DNA from: Candidatus Latescibacterota bacterium
Lineage (GTDB): Bacteria; Latescibacterota; UBA2968; GCA-2709665
Assembly (NCBI GenBank): GCA_965237675.1
Contig: OZ250150.1
Coordinates: forward strand, 384,001-448,000
Direction of reading: 5' to 3'
DNA: 64,000 nucleotides
Shown here piece after piece: positions 48,729 through 58,788 of the stretch (position 1 is its first letter; each line of letters begins with the position of its first letter). Below the pieces are notes generated by a model. It was not told the DNA's origin. It saw nothing but the letters and a program-made list of their open reading frames with translations, and did no database searches. Made by a program: the position numbers and the translations under genes.

Positions 48729-50546
48729 ATGGAACAACCCATCCTGATTCTTCGTCCGGACAGCGATCCGTCGGAAGGCCTCTGCGCCGAGGTGCTCCGG
48801 TGCGAGGGATTTCCCTGGCTTGAAGAGCGGCCCGCTGGCGAATTCGACGGTGTACCGCCGGGCGTGAGCGTGGTGATTCTGGCTGGCTCGGGCGTCAGCC
48901 GAAACACCGCCGAGCGGCTGGCAGGGGCAGTTTCCGAGGGTGTGTCGCTGATCGCGACGGCGCCTGACCCGGCCCTCGCGGCCGCGTTCGACGTCGCTGT
49001 CTCCATCGCTGTTCCCGACGCTCACCTTTCTGTAGAATCCCTTTATGGCTGGGAGCATGGGGAGGTGCCGCTGCTTTGTCCCGACGATACCGCGCGTCCC
49101 CTTCATGGGGGACAGGAAGTGGCGGCGCTGCGGACGGTTGACGGCGAGCGATGTGGATCGGGAATCGTATCCGCCCGTCTGGGTGAAGGTACGGCCTGGA
49201 TCTACGGATATGACCTCTGCCGAACCGTGGCCACGCTGCGTCACGGCACGGGAGACGTGCGCGAAAGGCCGGCGAAGGATATGGGCCCGCTCACGGGGCC
49301 CCGGCATATCTACGGTTTCTTCGACCTTTCCGACAAGCTGCCCCGGGACGTGCCGGTATGCGACCTTCACCAGGATATTCTCCGGACGCTTGTCCTGTCC
49401 GCGCTCTCCGATACCGTTCTTCCACGACTGTGGCACTTTCCGGACGGCGCCCCGGCGCTCTGGTTCGTAAAAGGGGACGGATGCGGAGAGTCCGGCGCCG
49501 ACGTTGAGGTGGAAGTCGTGGAGGAATACGGCGCCTATCTGACCTTCAACCGGCCGCCCGTGAGCCAGTACAGCGGGGACCTCATGAGAGATTGGCACGA
49601 ACGCGGACACGGCATCACCATAGAAGCGAGCCTGGACGACGTCACCCGGCCCACCGTCGAGCACTCGGGCAAGATGGTCAGACGGTCCCGGACCGCGGAG
49701 GACCTGAACGAAAACGCACTGCCCGATATTCGCGCCAACCTCGAGGCGCATCGTGACAGCTTTGTACGCGACACCGGCCTGGATATGGACACGATTTGCA
49801 TCCACGGATGCCAGTGGTCGGGGCATCCGATGGCGGAGATGGTCGTCGACCTGGGCTGGTATACACCCACCCATTTCATCTCGCACGATCCGCGCATGCG
49901 CCACGATGAGCGCTACGGGCCTTATATGATCTCCACCGCCCTGCCCCTCCGCTACTTCCAGCACGGCGTGGGGGTTCTCGACCTGTGGCATATGCCGGCG
50001 CAGTGGGACGAGAGTCAGACGCTTGGGGAACGGGATCCCGCGGATCCCAAATCGACGGGCAGGGTGGGCCTCTCGGCGGAGGCGTACGGCGAGGAACTCA
50101 CCCGGTTCGCCGAAGACGCGGCGCGGCGCTGGCACGGCTGCCAGATCGCCAATTTCCACCCGAGCTACGTCGCAATGCCCCAGGACCATCCCCGGGCGTC
50201 CCGCCTGGCGCTGGAAATAGGTCTCGAGGGCGCCCGGTCGGCGGGATGCCGGTTCGAGAACCAGGAGCGGTGGTCCCGGTTCTCCAGGGCCCGGGCGGAC
50301 GTGCGGCTTGTGGATCGGTGGAATGAGGGCGGGGCCGTTTTTCTGAAGATGGTCTCCCCCGGGGATCTGCATGGGCTCACGCTGCTGCTGCCCGACCCCG
50401 TTACCGGGGTCCGCGCCGCCGAGACGGGCGAGGTTCTGGAAGTGCGGGAGGCTGAGCTGGAGGGACAGAAACAGCGTTGTGTACATCTCGATCTCCTGTC
50501 GGGCACGCCGCGGACACTACGGTTGGCTCACGCGGAAACGGAGTGA
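48729..50546 (+). CDS. hypothetical protein, possible polysaccharide-deacetylase-like barrel with N-terminal GATase-like domain
   Basis: PRLWHFPDG..A, KGDGC, DWHERGH, NFHP; long ORF in operon orientation. Confidence 0.55.
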   Translation: MEQPILILRPDSDPSEGLCAEVLRCEGFPWLEERPAGEFDGVPPGVSVVILAGSGVSRNTAERLAGAVSEGVSLIATAPDPALAAAFDVAVSIAVPDAHLSVESLYGWEHGEVPLLCPDDTARPLHGGQEVAALRTVDGERCGSGIVSARLGEGTAWIYGYDLCRTVATLRHGTGDVRERPAKDMGPLTGPRHIYGFFDLSDKLPRDVPVCDLHQDILRTLVLSALSDTVLPRLWHFPDGAPALWFVKGDGCGESGADVEVEVVEEYGAYLTFNRPPVSQYSGDLMRDWHERGHGITIEASLDDVTRPTVEHSGKMVRRSRTAEDLNENALPDIRANLEAHRDSFVRDTGLDMDTICIHGCQWSGHPMAEMVVDLGWYTPTHFISHDPRMRHDERYGPYMISTALPLRYFQHGVGVLDLWHMPAQWDESQTLGERDPADPKSTGRVGLSAEAYGEELTRFAEDAARRWHGCQIANFHPSYVAMPQDHPRASRLALEIGLEGARSAGCRFENQERWSRFSRARADVRLVDRWNEGGAVFLKMVSPGDLHGLTLLLPDPVTGVRAAETGEVLEVREAELEGQKQRCVHLDLLSGTPRTLRLAHAETE

Positions 50547-50713
50547 AGGGTTCCGGCGTCGGGGCCGGCCCGCAGCGCTGGATCGTCGCGAAACCGACGT
50601 CCCGGAGGATGCGGTCTCTCCTTGAGTCCTCCCCTTCCGGACAGCAGGCCGATGCGGCGCCCGGATATAATGCATCCGAACCCCGTGGAGTGATCGACCA
50701 AAAGGAGAATCCG

Positions 50714-51682
50714 ATGAACAGTCAGATGTGGGACCCCGTGCAGGAAGAGGTACGTCGAAAGCTCGGCGCCATCGTCTTCTCGGATCATCCATACCAAATG
50801 GGAGACCAGGACTTTCCATTTCCGGCCCTGACCCTGGAGGAAAGACTCCGGTTCGAGTTGTCCGGCTATACGATCGTGGACGATCTGTTTACCGAAGGTG
50901 AGCTTGGATCGATCGAGGCCGCGGCGAATACGGCCAGGGAAGAAATCCTCGCGTCCCTGGGCGACCGCCCGTTTCACCGCCCGCCTCCCCCGAAGAAATA
51001 CAACGACTTCAAAGAGGGCTCGATCTGGTGGGGGCATCGGACGGTATCGGAGTCGGGCGAACTTTATCTCCACCGCTTGATCATCGAGAGCGTGCTTGGA
51101 CTGGACCCGGCTTTTCTGACCGTCCTGTCGAAGCCTCGCTTACAGGGAATTGCCACTGAATTGCTCGGCGGGACATTCCGATTCCTGTCGCTCGCCGTGC
51201 GCTACAACCGGCGTTCCGACTATCCCGATCTCGGCTGGCATGGCGGCGTTGGCCGGTTCAAGGACCGGGTGGCTTACAAGAACGGCTGGTTCCACACGCC
51301 CATTCTCGGGATGATCCTCTTCCTCACGGACATCGGGCCGGAAGACGGCGGAACGGGGTTCTTCGCCGGAAGCCACCATCTGGACCTGCCCTACGATACA
51401 ATGAAACAGTACATAACGGACTGTCCGGATTCGGAATTTTTCCACCAGGTCGAGGGCAGGCGCGGTTCGACGCTTTTTTTTGCCGATGGTCCCCTGATGC
51501 ACCGGACCATCCCGATTCAAAGCGATAGGGAACGCCTCATCATGCTCTCGCGCCTGGTCCATTCGGACTATGAAATCGGTCAGACGGAGCCGACCGGCAG
51601 CGTTGAGCACGTGCCATCCGATCTCATGCCGATGTTCTACGGACGCGCCTTCATGCCGAGGTATCGACCCGCCGGGCGATAG
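50714..51682 (+). CDS. PhyH-family Fe/2OG enzyme with HGG motif (candidate halogenase), paralog 2
   Basis: GWHGG (His codon 51239), FLTDIGPEDGGT..FAGSH, LMHRT, ERLIMLSRLVHSDYE shared with 43606; AGGAG RBS. Confidence 0.8.
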   Translation: MNSQMWDPVQEEVRRKLGAIVFSDHPYQMGDQDFPFPALTLEERLRFELSGYTIVDDLFTEGELGSIEAAANTAREEILASLGDRPFHRPPPPKKYNDFKEGSIWWGHRTVSESGELYLHRLIIESVLGLDPAFLTVLSKPRLQGIATELLGGTFRFLSLAVRYNRRSDYPDLGWHGGVGRFKDRVAYKNGWFHTPILGMILFLTDIGPEDGGTGFFAGSHHLDLPYDTMKQYITDCPDSEFFHQVEGRRGSTLFFADGPLMHRTIPIQSDRERLIMLSRLVHSDYEIGQTEPTGSVEHVPSDLMPMFYGRAFMPRYRPAGR

Positions 51683-51818
51683 TTTCGATTGCGGCAGATA
51701 AAACCGGCTTTCCGGCGTGGTTTGCGGTCGGACCGCCGTTCCCTGCGTACCAAACCGCACAGGACTCGAGAACGTAGCGTCGAGGCATTTCACCCGATCC
51801 GGGTTACGGGGAAGATGG

Positions 51819-53834
51819 ATGAAACGGACGATTCGCAGGACAGCGTTGTTGAATCTGGAGAAGGTGAGTTATTCGCGCGACCACGTGGCGCGGGTCAGCC
51901 GAGAGGGGTTTACGGATATCGGCGTATCCCTGAAGACAGGCGTAAGAAAATTCACCGGCCAGGGATTCGACTCGGAACAGGTGTGTCAATTTGGCGCGTG
52001 GGCCGAGGAATTCGGCCTGGGGATGACCGTTTTCACCGGATATATGAAGTACCGGGAGACTTTCCTGCGGGACCATCCGGAACGGGCTATGGTGTGCGTC
52101 GGCGGCTCGGGGACCTCCCTGGACAGCGACAACCTCGTGCGAACGAAGTGGCTGTGCCCGTTTCAGCCGGAGAACAAGGCGGAATACCTCGATCTCTTGA
52201 GGAAAGTAATCGGGCTGCCGGCACTGCGGGAGATCCATCTGAACGACGAGGCCGCCATCGGATTCGCGAACGGCGACATCGGTTGCTACTGCGACTATTG
52301 CGTTTCTGAATACCAACGGAAATACGGGACACCGCCCCCTGCCGACTTCGACTGGGAATCGGAGGCGTGGTGGGCGTGGGTACAGCGCAGAATGGCGCGG
52401 TGGACCGAGGTCCATGCCTGGTTCCGCGCGCAAATCAAAAAAGAGCGCCCCGACGTCATGGTTGGCATTCAATATTCGCCGGTGGTCGTGTCCTTTAACG
52501 ACAATATCTGGCGTGCGGGGATCGATCTCTCGCAGGACGCCTTGGCTCAGGACGTGCTGTGTACGGATCCCTATCACCATAACCATACTTCGCATTTCAC
52601 CTACCGGCCCGCGCGTAGGATCCTGACCGAGGCGACCCGGACACTCGCCGGCGCCACGGTCGGGCGTTCGATGAATATATATCCGCAGGCATTCAGACCG
52701 CCCCTGGGCGGTCCGGAACTGACCCGCCGCGACGGATTCATGGCCGGCGCCGTTCCCTACGCGCTCGGCGCGGACAATATCACGCCGTATTCCAATGATC
52801 TGGCCCGTATCATTCCCGGTTTTCTGGACGGGTTCCACGAGGCGGGGAAACTCATTCCCTATTTCGAGAAGACAAAACCCTATGCGTACGCCACCGTAGT
52901 CAACCCCACTCAGACGGAAATATACGGGAATCCGGAAACCGGTTGGGGCCGGAAAGCGCTGGCGATCTGGCCCGACGTCATGAACCAGGTCGGGATTCCG
53001 TGGCGCTGGGTTTTCGACGGTCGCCTCGCGGACGCCGGGGAGGCGCTGCAAGGGCCGTCGATCCTGCCGGATACACACTGCCTGACCGGCGAGCAAAGGG
53101 CGGTACTGCAGGCGCGTGCCGGATCGGGCGCCGGCCTGCTTTGGGTGGGAAGGACACCGCGCACGGATTGGCCTGGAAATGGACCCTGTCCGCCGCCGGA
53201 AGGCGAAACCACCGACAGCGCGGAGATGCGGCCCGTCCAACGGGAACACCCCTTTCTGGAGGGCATTTCACTTCCTGTAATGCTGCAGTCGGCGTATTCC
53301 GAGCCGGGCATCGCTGGGGAGACGGTCGGTGAAGTCGACGGGAAGCCGGCACTGGTCGTGAACGAGGAAAACGGCGGGCGGCAGGTCTGGCTGGCGGGGG
53401 TTCCGGAGTTCAGCTACGTGACCCCCGGAGACCACGGTGGTGTCCGGACGCCCACGGACGGGATACCGCTTCTGCGGAATATTCTGAAATGGCTGGCGAA
53501 AGATGAGCCGGTTGCCCGCCTCTGGCCCTATCCGCCGGAGAACGCGTACCGGGACCTGCGGCCGTGGGACCGCCGCGACGTGCCGACCATGGAATTGTTT
53601 CCGATGATCGGCGACGGCTGCCTGGTCTGTCTGATCTTCAACTACGTGGGACTGGAGTACCGGACGAATCTGGTGATGCGTGCGCCGGAAGGCGCGGAAA
53701 TCGCGTCGCTGACTGACGTCTTCACGGGAACCGACGAACTTCCCGCCTCACACGTTCGCGGGCGGGAGGTTGTGATGCCCGTCAGGATGTCGAATCAGAC
53801 CGATTTTCTGGCGGTGGAAATGACGTGGCGATAG
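51819..53834 (+). CDS. putative glycoside hydrolase (GH42-like), paralog 2
   Basis: Near-colinear with 23224-25239 (MKRTIRRTA, WLCPFQP, LPALREIHLNDEA, RPWDRRDVPTMELFPM). Confidence 0.6.
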   Translation: MKRTIRRTALLNLEKVSYSRDHVARVSREGFTDIGVSLKTGVRKFTGQGFDSEQVCQFGAWAEEFGLGMTVFTGYMKYRETFLRDHPERAMVCVGGSGTSLDSDNLVRTKWLCPFQPENKAEYLDLLRKVIGLPALREIHLNDEAAIGFANGDIGCYCDYCVSEYQRKYGTPPPADFDWESEAWWAWVQRRMARWTEVHAWFRAQIKKERPDVMVGIQYSPVVVSFNDNIWRAGIDLSQDALAQDVLCTDPYHHNHTSHFTYRPARRILTEATRTLAGATVGRSMNIYPQAFRPPLGGPELTRRDGFMAGAVPYALGADNITPYSNDLARIIPGFLDGFHEAGKLIPYFEKTKPYAYATVVNPTQTEIYGNPETGWGRKALAIWPDVMNQVGIPWRWVFDGRLADAGEALQGPSILPDTHCLTGEQRAVLQARAGSGAGLLWVGRTPRTDWPGNGPCPPPEGETTDSAEMRPVQREHPFLEGISLPVMLQSAYSEPGIAGETVGEVDGKPALVVNEENGGRQVWLAGVPEFSYVTPGDHGGVRTPTDGIPLLRNILKWLAKDEPVARLWPYPPENAYRDLRPWDRRDVPTMELFPMIGDGCLVCLIFNYVGLEYRTNLVMRAPEGAEIASLTDVFTGTDELPASHVRGREVVMPVRMSNQTDFLAVEMTWR

Positions 53835-53920
53835 CATCCCGGGCTCGCGAAGCGCAGCGAGGATTGCCCGCGGCGCCACGAGGTAATTTGCAGCGTATTT
53901 TTTAACGGGGACGCGGTTTA

Positions 53921-55024
53921 GTGATCGAGGTCGTTGACAGTGGCATCCTTTCCCGGCAGCCGGGACGCGGGGCGTACATGCCGACCATCACCCCGCTGTC
54001 TGACGGGAGCATGATCGCCTGCCAGCACATGGGCGCGGAACTGGGTTCCCAGGACAACCATATCGAAGTCCTTCGCTCCAACGACGGGGCCGCGACATGG
54101 GTGAACGAGGGCAGCATCCACGGTGGCGGACCCCCGGATGATGGATGGACCTACAGGAGTCCCCACGTCAGCGAAGCGCCCGGCAACCGGCTGGTGATGA
54201 CCGCGACGCGTTTCGAAATGCGGTCCGGCAAGCTGTTCGATCCGAACTCGGAGGTGCTGCAGCGACCGGAGATGCTGCTGTTCTGGTCGGATGACGCGGG
54301 GCGCACCTGGTCGGCGCCCCAGGTCGTCCACGTGGACCTGCCTCCCGAGAAATACACGTGCAATGGCGCCGGCGTGCTTCTTCAGCTCGCTCCCGACCGG
54401 TGGATGTATCCCCTGGAGACCTGGAAGCCGGAGGGGTACGCGGGGCCGCCCGACCAGAAGGCGGCGGCGGTGTTTTCGGCGGACCAGGGGCGAAGCTGGG
54501 GGGCGTTTACCGTTGTGGCCGACGACCCTTCGGGGGCATTGCTCTGGTGGGACCAGATGTGTGCGGTGCTGCCGGACGGCAGAATCTATACGATGCTCTG
54601 GACGCACCGTTACGGGACCTCGGAGGACCTGCACAACCACTGGACCGTCTCCGAAGACGGCGGGCGGACGTGGTCGGCGCCACGGCCCACCAACCTGCGC
54701 GGGCAGGTCTGCGCCCCCATCGCCCTGGCCGACGGACGGGTGGCCGCCATCTACAACTTCCGGCACGATCCACAGGGTATCCGCGTGGCCCTCAGCGACG
54801 ACCTGGAAAGTTTCGACCTTTGCAGCGAGGTCGTGGTGTTCGACGCGGGGGCCGAGGCAACCCTCGGAGAGCCGGAGACGGACAATTTTCTGGCCGAACA
54901 TATGCAGATCGCTTTCGGCAAGCCGGGCGGAATCCGCCTCGCCGACGGGGATCTGATGACGTATTTCTGGTGTACGGTCGGAGGCGTCACCCACACGCGC
55001 TGGGCACGGCTCCGGGTGAACTAG
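53921..55024 (+). CDS. sialidase-family / BNR(Asp-box) repeat protein
   Basis: Asp boxes SNDGAATW, SDDAGRTW, SADQGRSW, SEDGGRTW. Confidence 0.82.
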   Translation: MIEVVDSGILSRQPGRGAYMPTITPLSDGSMIACQHMGAELGSQDNHIEVLRSNDGAATWVNEGSIHGGGPPDDGWTYRSPHVSEAPGNRLVMTATRFEMRSGKLFDPNSEVLQRPEMLLFWSDDAGRTWSAPQVVHVDLPPEKYTCNGAGVLLQLAPDRWMYPLETWKPEGYAGPPDQKAAAVFSADQGRSWGAFTVVADDPSGALLWWDQMCAVLPDGRIYTMLWTHRYGTSEDLHNHWTVSEDGGRTWSAPRPTNLRGQVCAPIALADGRVAAIYNFRHDPQGIRVALSDDLESFDLCSEVVVFDAGAEATLGEPETDNFLAEHMQIAFGKPGGIRLADGDLMTYFWCTVGGVTHTRWARLRVN

Positions 55025-56891
55025 ACCTTAAATAAGCGAGTATTGTTGTTTGCTGAACAGAAAGGCCAATTTGTGTTGCGGTTTGGTTGATAGAAGTATC
55101 GGTGCCGCCTAATGGGGTCGACGGGAGGTCGTTCTGCGGTTTGTTGCGTGTATGTATGAGTCGTAAAGCGACCCATTATTTGTGGGGTGGGCGTATTTGT
55201 CCGTTGCGTCGCGGTAGGCGTCGTGGGTCTGGTGGTCTATGGTCACGGTCCGTACCGGTGTCAGGTGAAGCCGGTGCGTTCGATGGTGGCCCAGGCGCTC
55301 AAGAGTCTATTCAGTGACGGCTGATAGCCGATGATGCGCACGGTGGTGCTTCGTGCGTGTCTCACGACACGACAGGGAAACAGGATGATGTGTGAGAGGA
55401 AGGTCCGAAAGTCCATACGGATATAGTGTCGGCGATGGTTTTTTCGATGCATCATCAAGGCAAACCACGACTTGATGTTCCAGGCCAGCGCGGCGATGAC
55501 CATGTAGGCCCAGTTGCTGATCAAGTCATACAAGGGCACGCGCAGGGCATTGACGCCGTTCTTGAGCTGTTCGATGACGTTTTCCTGGTCGCATCGTTTG
55601 TTGGCAGCAAAGACGACCTCGGCGGGGGTCAGGTCGTCGCGCGTGGTGATGTAGAAGAAATAGCGGATTTCGTCGAAGAGGGTCTGCTCACCTTTGGCCT
55701 TACTGATGTTTTTTCGCAGCGCCACAACGCGGTAGGACCGTTCGCACTTGCCGGGCTGATAGTCAAACTCAGCCACGTCTTCGAAGTTCAGCGCCAGCTT
55801 GAGGTAGCCCCGCGCCTTGACGATACGCTGCTTCTCATTGTCGCGCCGCCGCCTTTTCTGGGGTGCTACAGGTCGGTGCAGGCGCTGCCAGTTGGCTTCG
55901 TCAAGGGCCTCGGCGCGTGTTCGTAAGGCGTCATTGCAGTCCATCCCGAAGATGAAATCGACGTCCTTCGCCCAGCGATCGAGGTGAGCCGTAAGCGAAA
56001 AGTCCGTGTCGCCGCGTAGGCACACGCGCCCCGCGTGGGGCTTCACCACCCGGATGGACGCATCGATCCAGGGGGCGGCCCCCTGGTGAGAAGACGCGTT
56101 GCCCGGACGGTTGACGATATACAGCACCTCTTTGGTATTGGCCAACGATACGATCAGGGGCGCATACCCCCACACGCCCTTGTAGGAGATGTCCATGCCG
56201 CCCTTCTTCTCCCCATACGTTGGGGCGCTTGTGCCATCCACGTCGATGTACGCCACCGGAGAAAGCAAACTGGCAGCCCGCGTGCGCCACAACTTAGACC
56301 GTACCGCGTTAATGCAGTCCATCAGCCCGATCACGTCCGCTTCCGTGAAGCGACGCGTAAAGTCGCCCGCAGTCGTCGGGTCCGGGATCAGCTTCGCGCT
56401 CAAGGCATTCATGTAGGCCCCGTCATGCCGCAAACGCTCGATGTCTTCCAGACGCGTGCCGCCGCACATCACGTTGTAGGCAAGGTTCAACACGTGATCC
56501 GACTCATGATACGGCAGATGCACCTTCAGCAACTTCAACGTCGCGTCGATGCCTTCGACCAAGCCCAACTTCGTCACCAGACGATGCACGGCCGCTATGC
56601 CACCGTAACTCATCCCTTCCGGCTGGGCGCTGACCTCGTAATGCACATAGGTGCTGCCAAACATTGGCTTGCCTTGCGCACAAAAACGACCGCCAAGCTG
56701 ATGCCGAGTACGTACCTTGCGCCCACAATTAACACTGTTCCTGCGGCTTTCTTTTACCGATATTCTTTTCACCGGAAAGGCCTCCTTCGTTGGAGTAGCA
56801 ATTTCTCGTCGGATACTGCTATCTTCAACAAAGATAAGTCTTTCCGGTGCTTTTGTACATAAAAATCTCAAAAAACCCGCTTAATTAGAGA
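55025..56891 (-). mobile_element. IS1380-family insertion sequence
   Basis: CTAG direct repeats at 55021-55024 and 56892-56895; imperfect IRs ACCTTAAATAAGCGAG / CCCGCTTAATTAGAGA; encodes a transposase. Confidence 0.8.
55261..56772 (-). CDS. IS1380-family DDE transposase
   Basis: IPDPTTAGDF, IDVDGT, GYAPL, RPGN, LRGDTDF, RCDQENVIEQLKNG, NWAYM..A.LAWN; AAGGAGG RBS before GTG 56772. Confidence 0.9.
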   Translation of the reverse strand: MKRISVKESRRNSVNCGRKVRTRHQLGGRFCAQGKPMFGSTYVHYEVSAQPEGMSYGGIAAVHRLVTKLGLVEGIDATLKLLKVHLPYHESDHVLNLAYNVMCGGTRLEDIERLRHDGAYMNALSAKLIPDPTTAGDFTRRFTEADVIGLMDCINAVRSKLWRTRAASLLSPVAYIDVDGTSAPTYGEKKGGMDISYKGVWGYAPLIVSLANTKEVLYIVNRPGNASSHQGAAPWIDASIRVVKPHAGRVCLRGDTDFSLTAHLDRWAKDVDFIFGMDCNDALRTRAEALDEANWQRLHRPVAPQKRRRRDNEKQRIVKARGYLKLALNFEDVAEFDYQPGKCERSYRVVALRKNISKAKGEQTLFDEIRYFFYITTRDDLTPAEVVFAANKRCDQENVIEQLKNGVNALRVPLYDLISNWAYMVIAALAWNIKSWFALMMHRKNHRRHYIRMDFRTFLSHIILFPCRVVRHARSTTVRIIGYQPSLNRLLSAWATIERTGFT

Positions 56892-56993
56892 CTAGAGACA
56901 GACATATCACGTATATGGCACACTTCCCCCATGGCTTGTATGTCGCGGGGAGCATTTTAAAGTTTACATCATTATCCTCTGTAGTCCCGTTCT

Positions 56994-57095
56994 TGCCGAA
57001 ACGTGGTCATTGAGCTTGTCGAAATGCCCGCGTTTCGCTACCCTTCGCCGACCCTTCGACAAGCTCAGGGAGCGGCTTGGGAAGCGGCTCGGGAT
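56994..57095. repeat. REP-like repeat (TGAGCTTGTCGAA / TTCGACAAGCTCA hairpin)
   Basis: Inverted pair TGAGCTTGTCGAA...TTCGACAAGCTCA; 5' part identical to the 4745 copy. Confidence 0.8.
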
Positions 57096-57156
57096 CCTGG
57101 CAATAATTCCACGCGAAATCCGCGCTTGAGACAACTGGATAAGGGAGATTGAGAAT

Positions 57157-58236
57157 ATGGATGGCGCAGATCAGGCTGATACCCGTGTGGCTGCCGACGT
57201 GCTGGAAACATTCGTGCGCGATCTGTTTCTGGCTGCCGGCGTGCCCGGCGGGGATGCGGAAACGATTGCCCGAGCGATTCTCAGCCAGGAAATCCGCGGC
57301 AATACAACCCACGGGCTCCGGCTTGTCCATTTCAATCTGCGGGGGCTGGACGATGGGACGATCCGCGCCAATCCGGATCAGCCGGTCCTGAGCGATCGGG
57401 GCATGACCGCGGTCATCGAGGGAGACCACGGCGTTGGCATTGTCGGTTGCATGAAAGGGATGCGGCTTGCGATCCGGAAGGCCCGGGAGGGCGGCATCGG
57501 CGTCGCTCTGATCGTACGTAACAACCATTTTCTCGCTGCCGTTCCATATTGCCTGGAAGCGGCCAACGCCGGCATGATCGGCATTGCGTTCTCGAACACC
57601 AAGGGTTCCATGGGATATCCCGGCGCACGCGGCTCGGTGATCGGCAATACGCCGATGGGGTTCGGCATACCGACCGCCGGAGGTTTTCCGATCCTGTTCG
57701 ACGCATGCATGACCGCCTCCGGGGGCAGGATGAGGCAGTGGATTCGAGAGGGCAGGCGCATTCCGCGGGATATACGAGGGTTTGACCGGGATGGCAGGCC
57801 CACCGACGATCCGCAAGCCGTAATCGGCGGTGGTACGACGCTGCCCATTGGCGTCCACAAGGGCGCGGGTCTGGCCATTCTCGTGGAGGTGCTGACGGGC
57901 GTGCTGGGCGGCGCCGCTTTTCTGAGTGATATCACGCCCCGTGATCAGTCGGACAGAACGGACAAGACCCATGCGGTCAGCCACTGTTGCATCGCCATCG
58001 ACGTCGGGTCATTCATGCCCGTGGCGGAGTTCGAAGCGCGGATGGCAGACTTCATTGCCGATATCAAGGACAGTCCCCTGGACGGTGAGTCCGATGAGAT
58101 CCGATTGCCCGGGGAACGAATGGAGCGAACCCGGCGGGAATGCGAGATCCTCGGTATCCCCCTGGAACCGGATGTGCAGGACGAACTGGAGGTGTGGGCG
58201 AAGAGGCTGGGTGTGCGTTTCCCCGATCCACTGTAG
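57157..58236 (+). CDS. Ldh_2 (malate/L-lactate/sulfolactate dehydrogenase) family oxidoreductase
   Basis: RGNTTHGL, RNNHF, IGNTP, LPIGVHKGAGL, RLPGE. Confidence 0.88.
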   Translation: MDGADQADTRVAADVLETFVRDLFLAAGVPGGDAETIARAILSQEIRGNTTHGLRLVHFNLRGLDDGTIRANPDQPVLSDRGMTAVIEGDHGVGIVGCMKGMRLAIRKAREGGIGVALIVRNNHFLAAVPYCLEAANAGMIGIAFSNTKGSMGYPGARGSVIGNTPMGFGIPTAGGFPILFDACMTASGGRMRQWIREGRRIPRDIRGFDRDGRPTDDPQAVIGGGTTLPIGVHKGAGLAILVEVLTGVLGGAAFLSDITPRDQSDRTDKTHAVSHCCIAIDVGSFMPVAEFEARMADFIADIKDSPLDGESDEIRLPGERMERTRRECEILGIPLEPDVQDELEVWAKRLGVRFPDPL

Positions 58237-58263
58237 CACGCCGTCGCCACGATGCGAGGGGAT

Positions 58264-58761
58264 ATGGACGACAGATACCGGATTCGCGGCGCAACCGAAG
58301 ATGATCTGGACCGGATAGGGGAAATCATCCGCCAGGCGTGGGAGCCGATTTTCGGGCTGCACGAAGAGAAATGGGGCGAGGAACTGTTCGACGTCCTCTA
58401 TGCGAACTGGCCCGAGAACATCAAGGCCAGCGTGGGACGCCACCTGACGGAACACCCGGACTGGGCGTTCGTCGTGGCGTCGCGCGAGACCGGCGAGGTG
58501 GTTGCGTTCATCACCTATCTGCTGGATACGAAGAAGGGGATTGGAATCGTCGGCCTCAACGCCGTGGCAGCCGGGTTGCAGGGGCAGGGAATCGGGACGA
58601 AGATGTACGACTTCGTCATGAATCGGTTCCGGGAGGCAGGGCTTAAATACGCCCAGGTCCGAACGGGATTGAACGACGCGCAGACCGGCGCCCGGAGGGC
58701 CTACGAGAAGGCAGGGTTCAACATCGAGCGCAAAGAGGTCACGTATTACGCGTATTTGTAG
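58264..58761 (+). CDS. GNAT family N-acetyltransferase
   Basis: NAV...QGQGIG acetyl-CoA motif, ARRAYEKAGF. Confidence 0.88.
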   Translation: MDDRYRIRGATEDDLDRIGEIIRQAWEPIFGLHEEKWGEELFDVLYANWPENIKASVGRHLTEHPDWAFVVASRETGEVVAFITYLLDTKKGIGIVGLNAVAAGLQGQGIGTKMYDFVMNRFREAGLKYAQVRTGLNDAQTGARRAYEKAGFNIERKEVTYYAYL

Positions 58762-58766
58762 AACGC

Positions 58767-58787
58767 CGACCGAACGGGAACCAGCAT
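58767..58787 (-). pseudogene. N-terminal remnant of YafQ-like toxin
   Basis: ATG 1 nt after the antitoxin stop reads MLVPVRS (YafQ-like start), then runs into the 3' end of the GNAT gene. Confidence 0.5.
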
Positions 58788-58788
58788 G

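Noticed and set aside
48642-50486. 614-aa minus-strand ORF (similar shadows at 3461-4987, 35277-36695, 51804-53249, 60396-61925)
   Set aside because: Antisense to real genes; no recognisable domains
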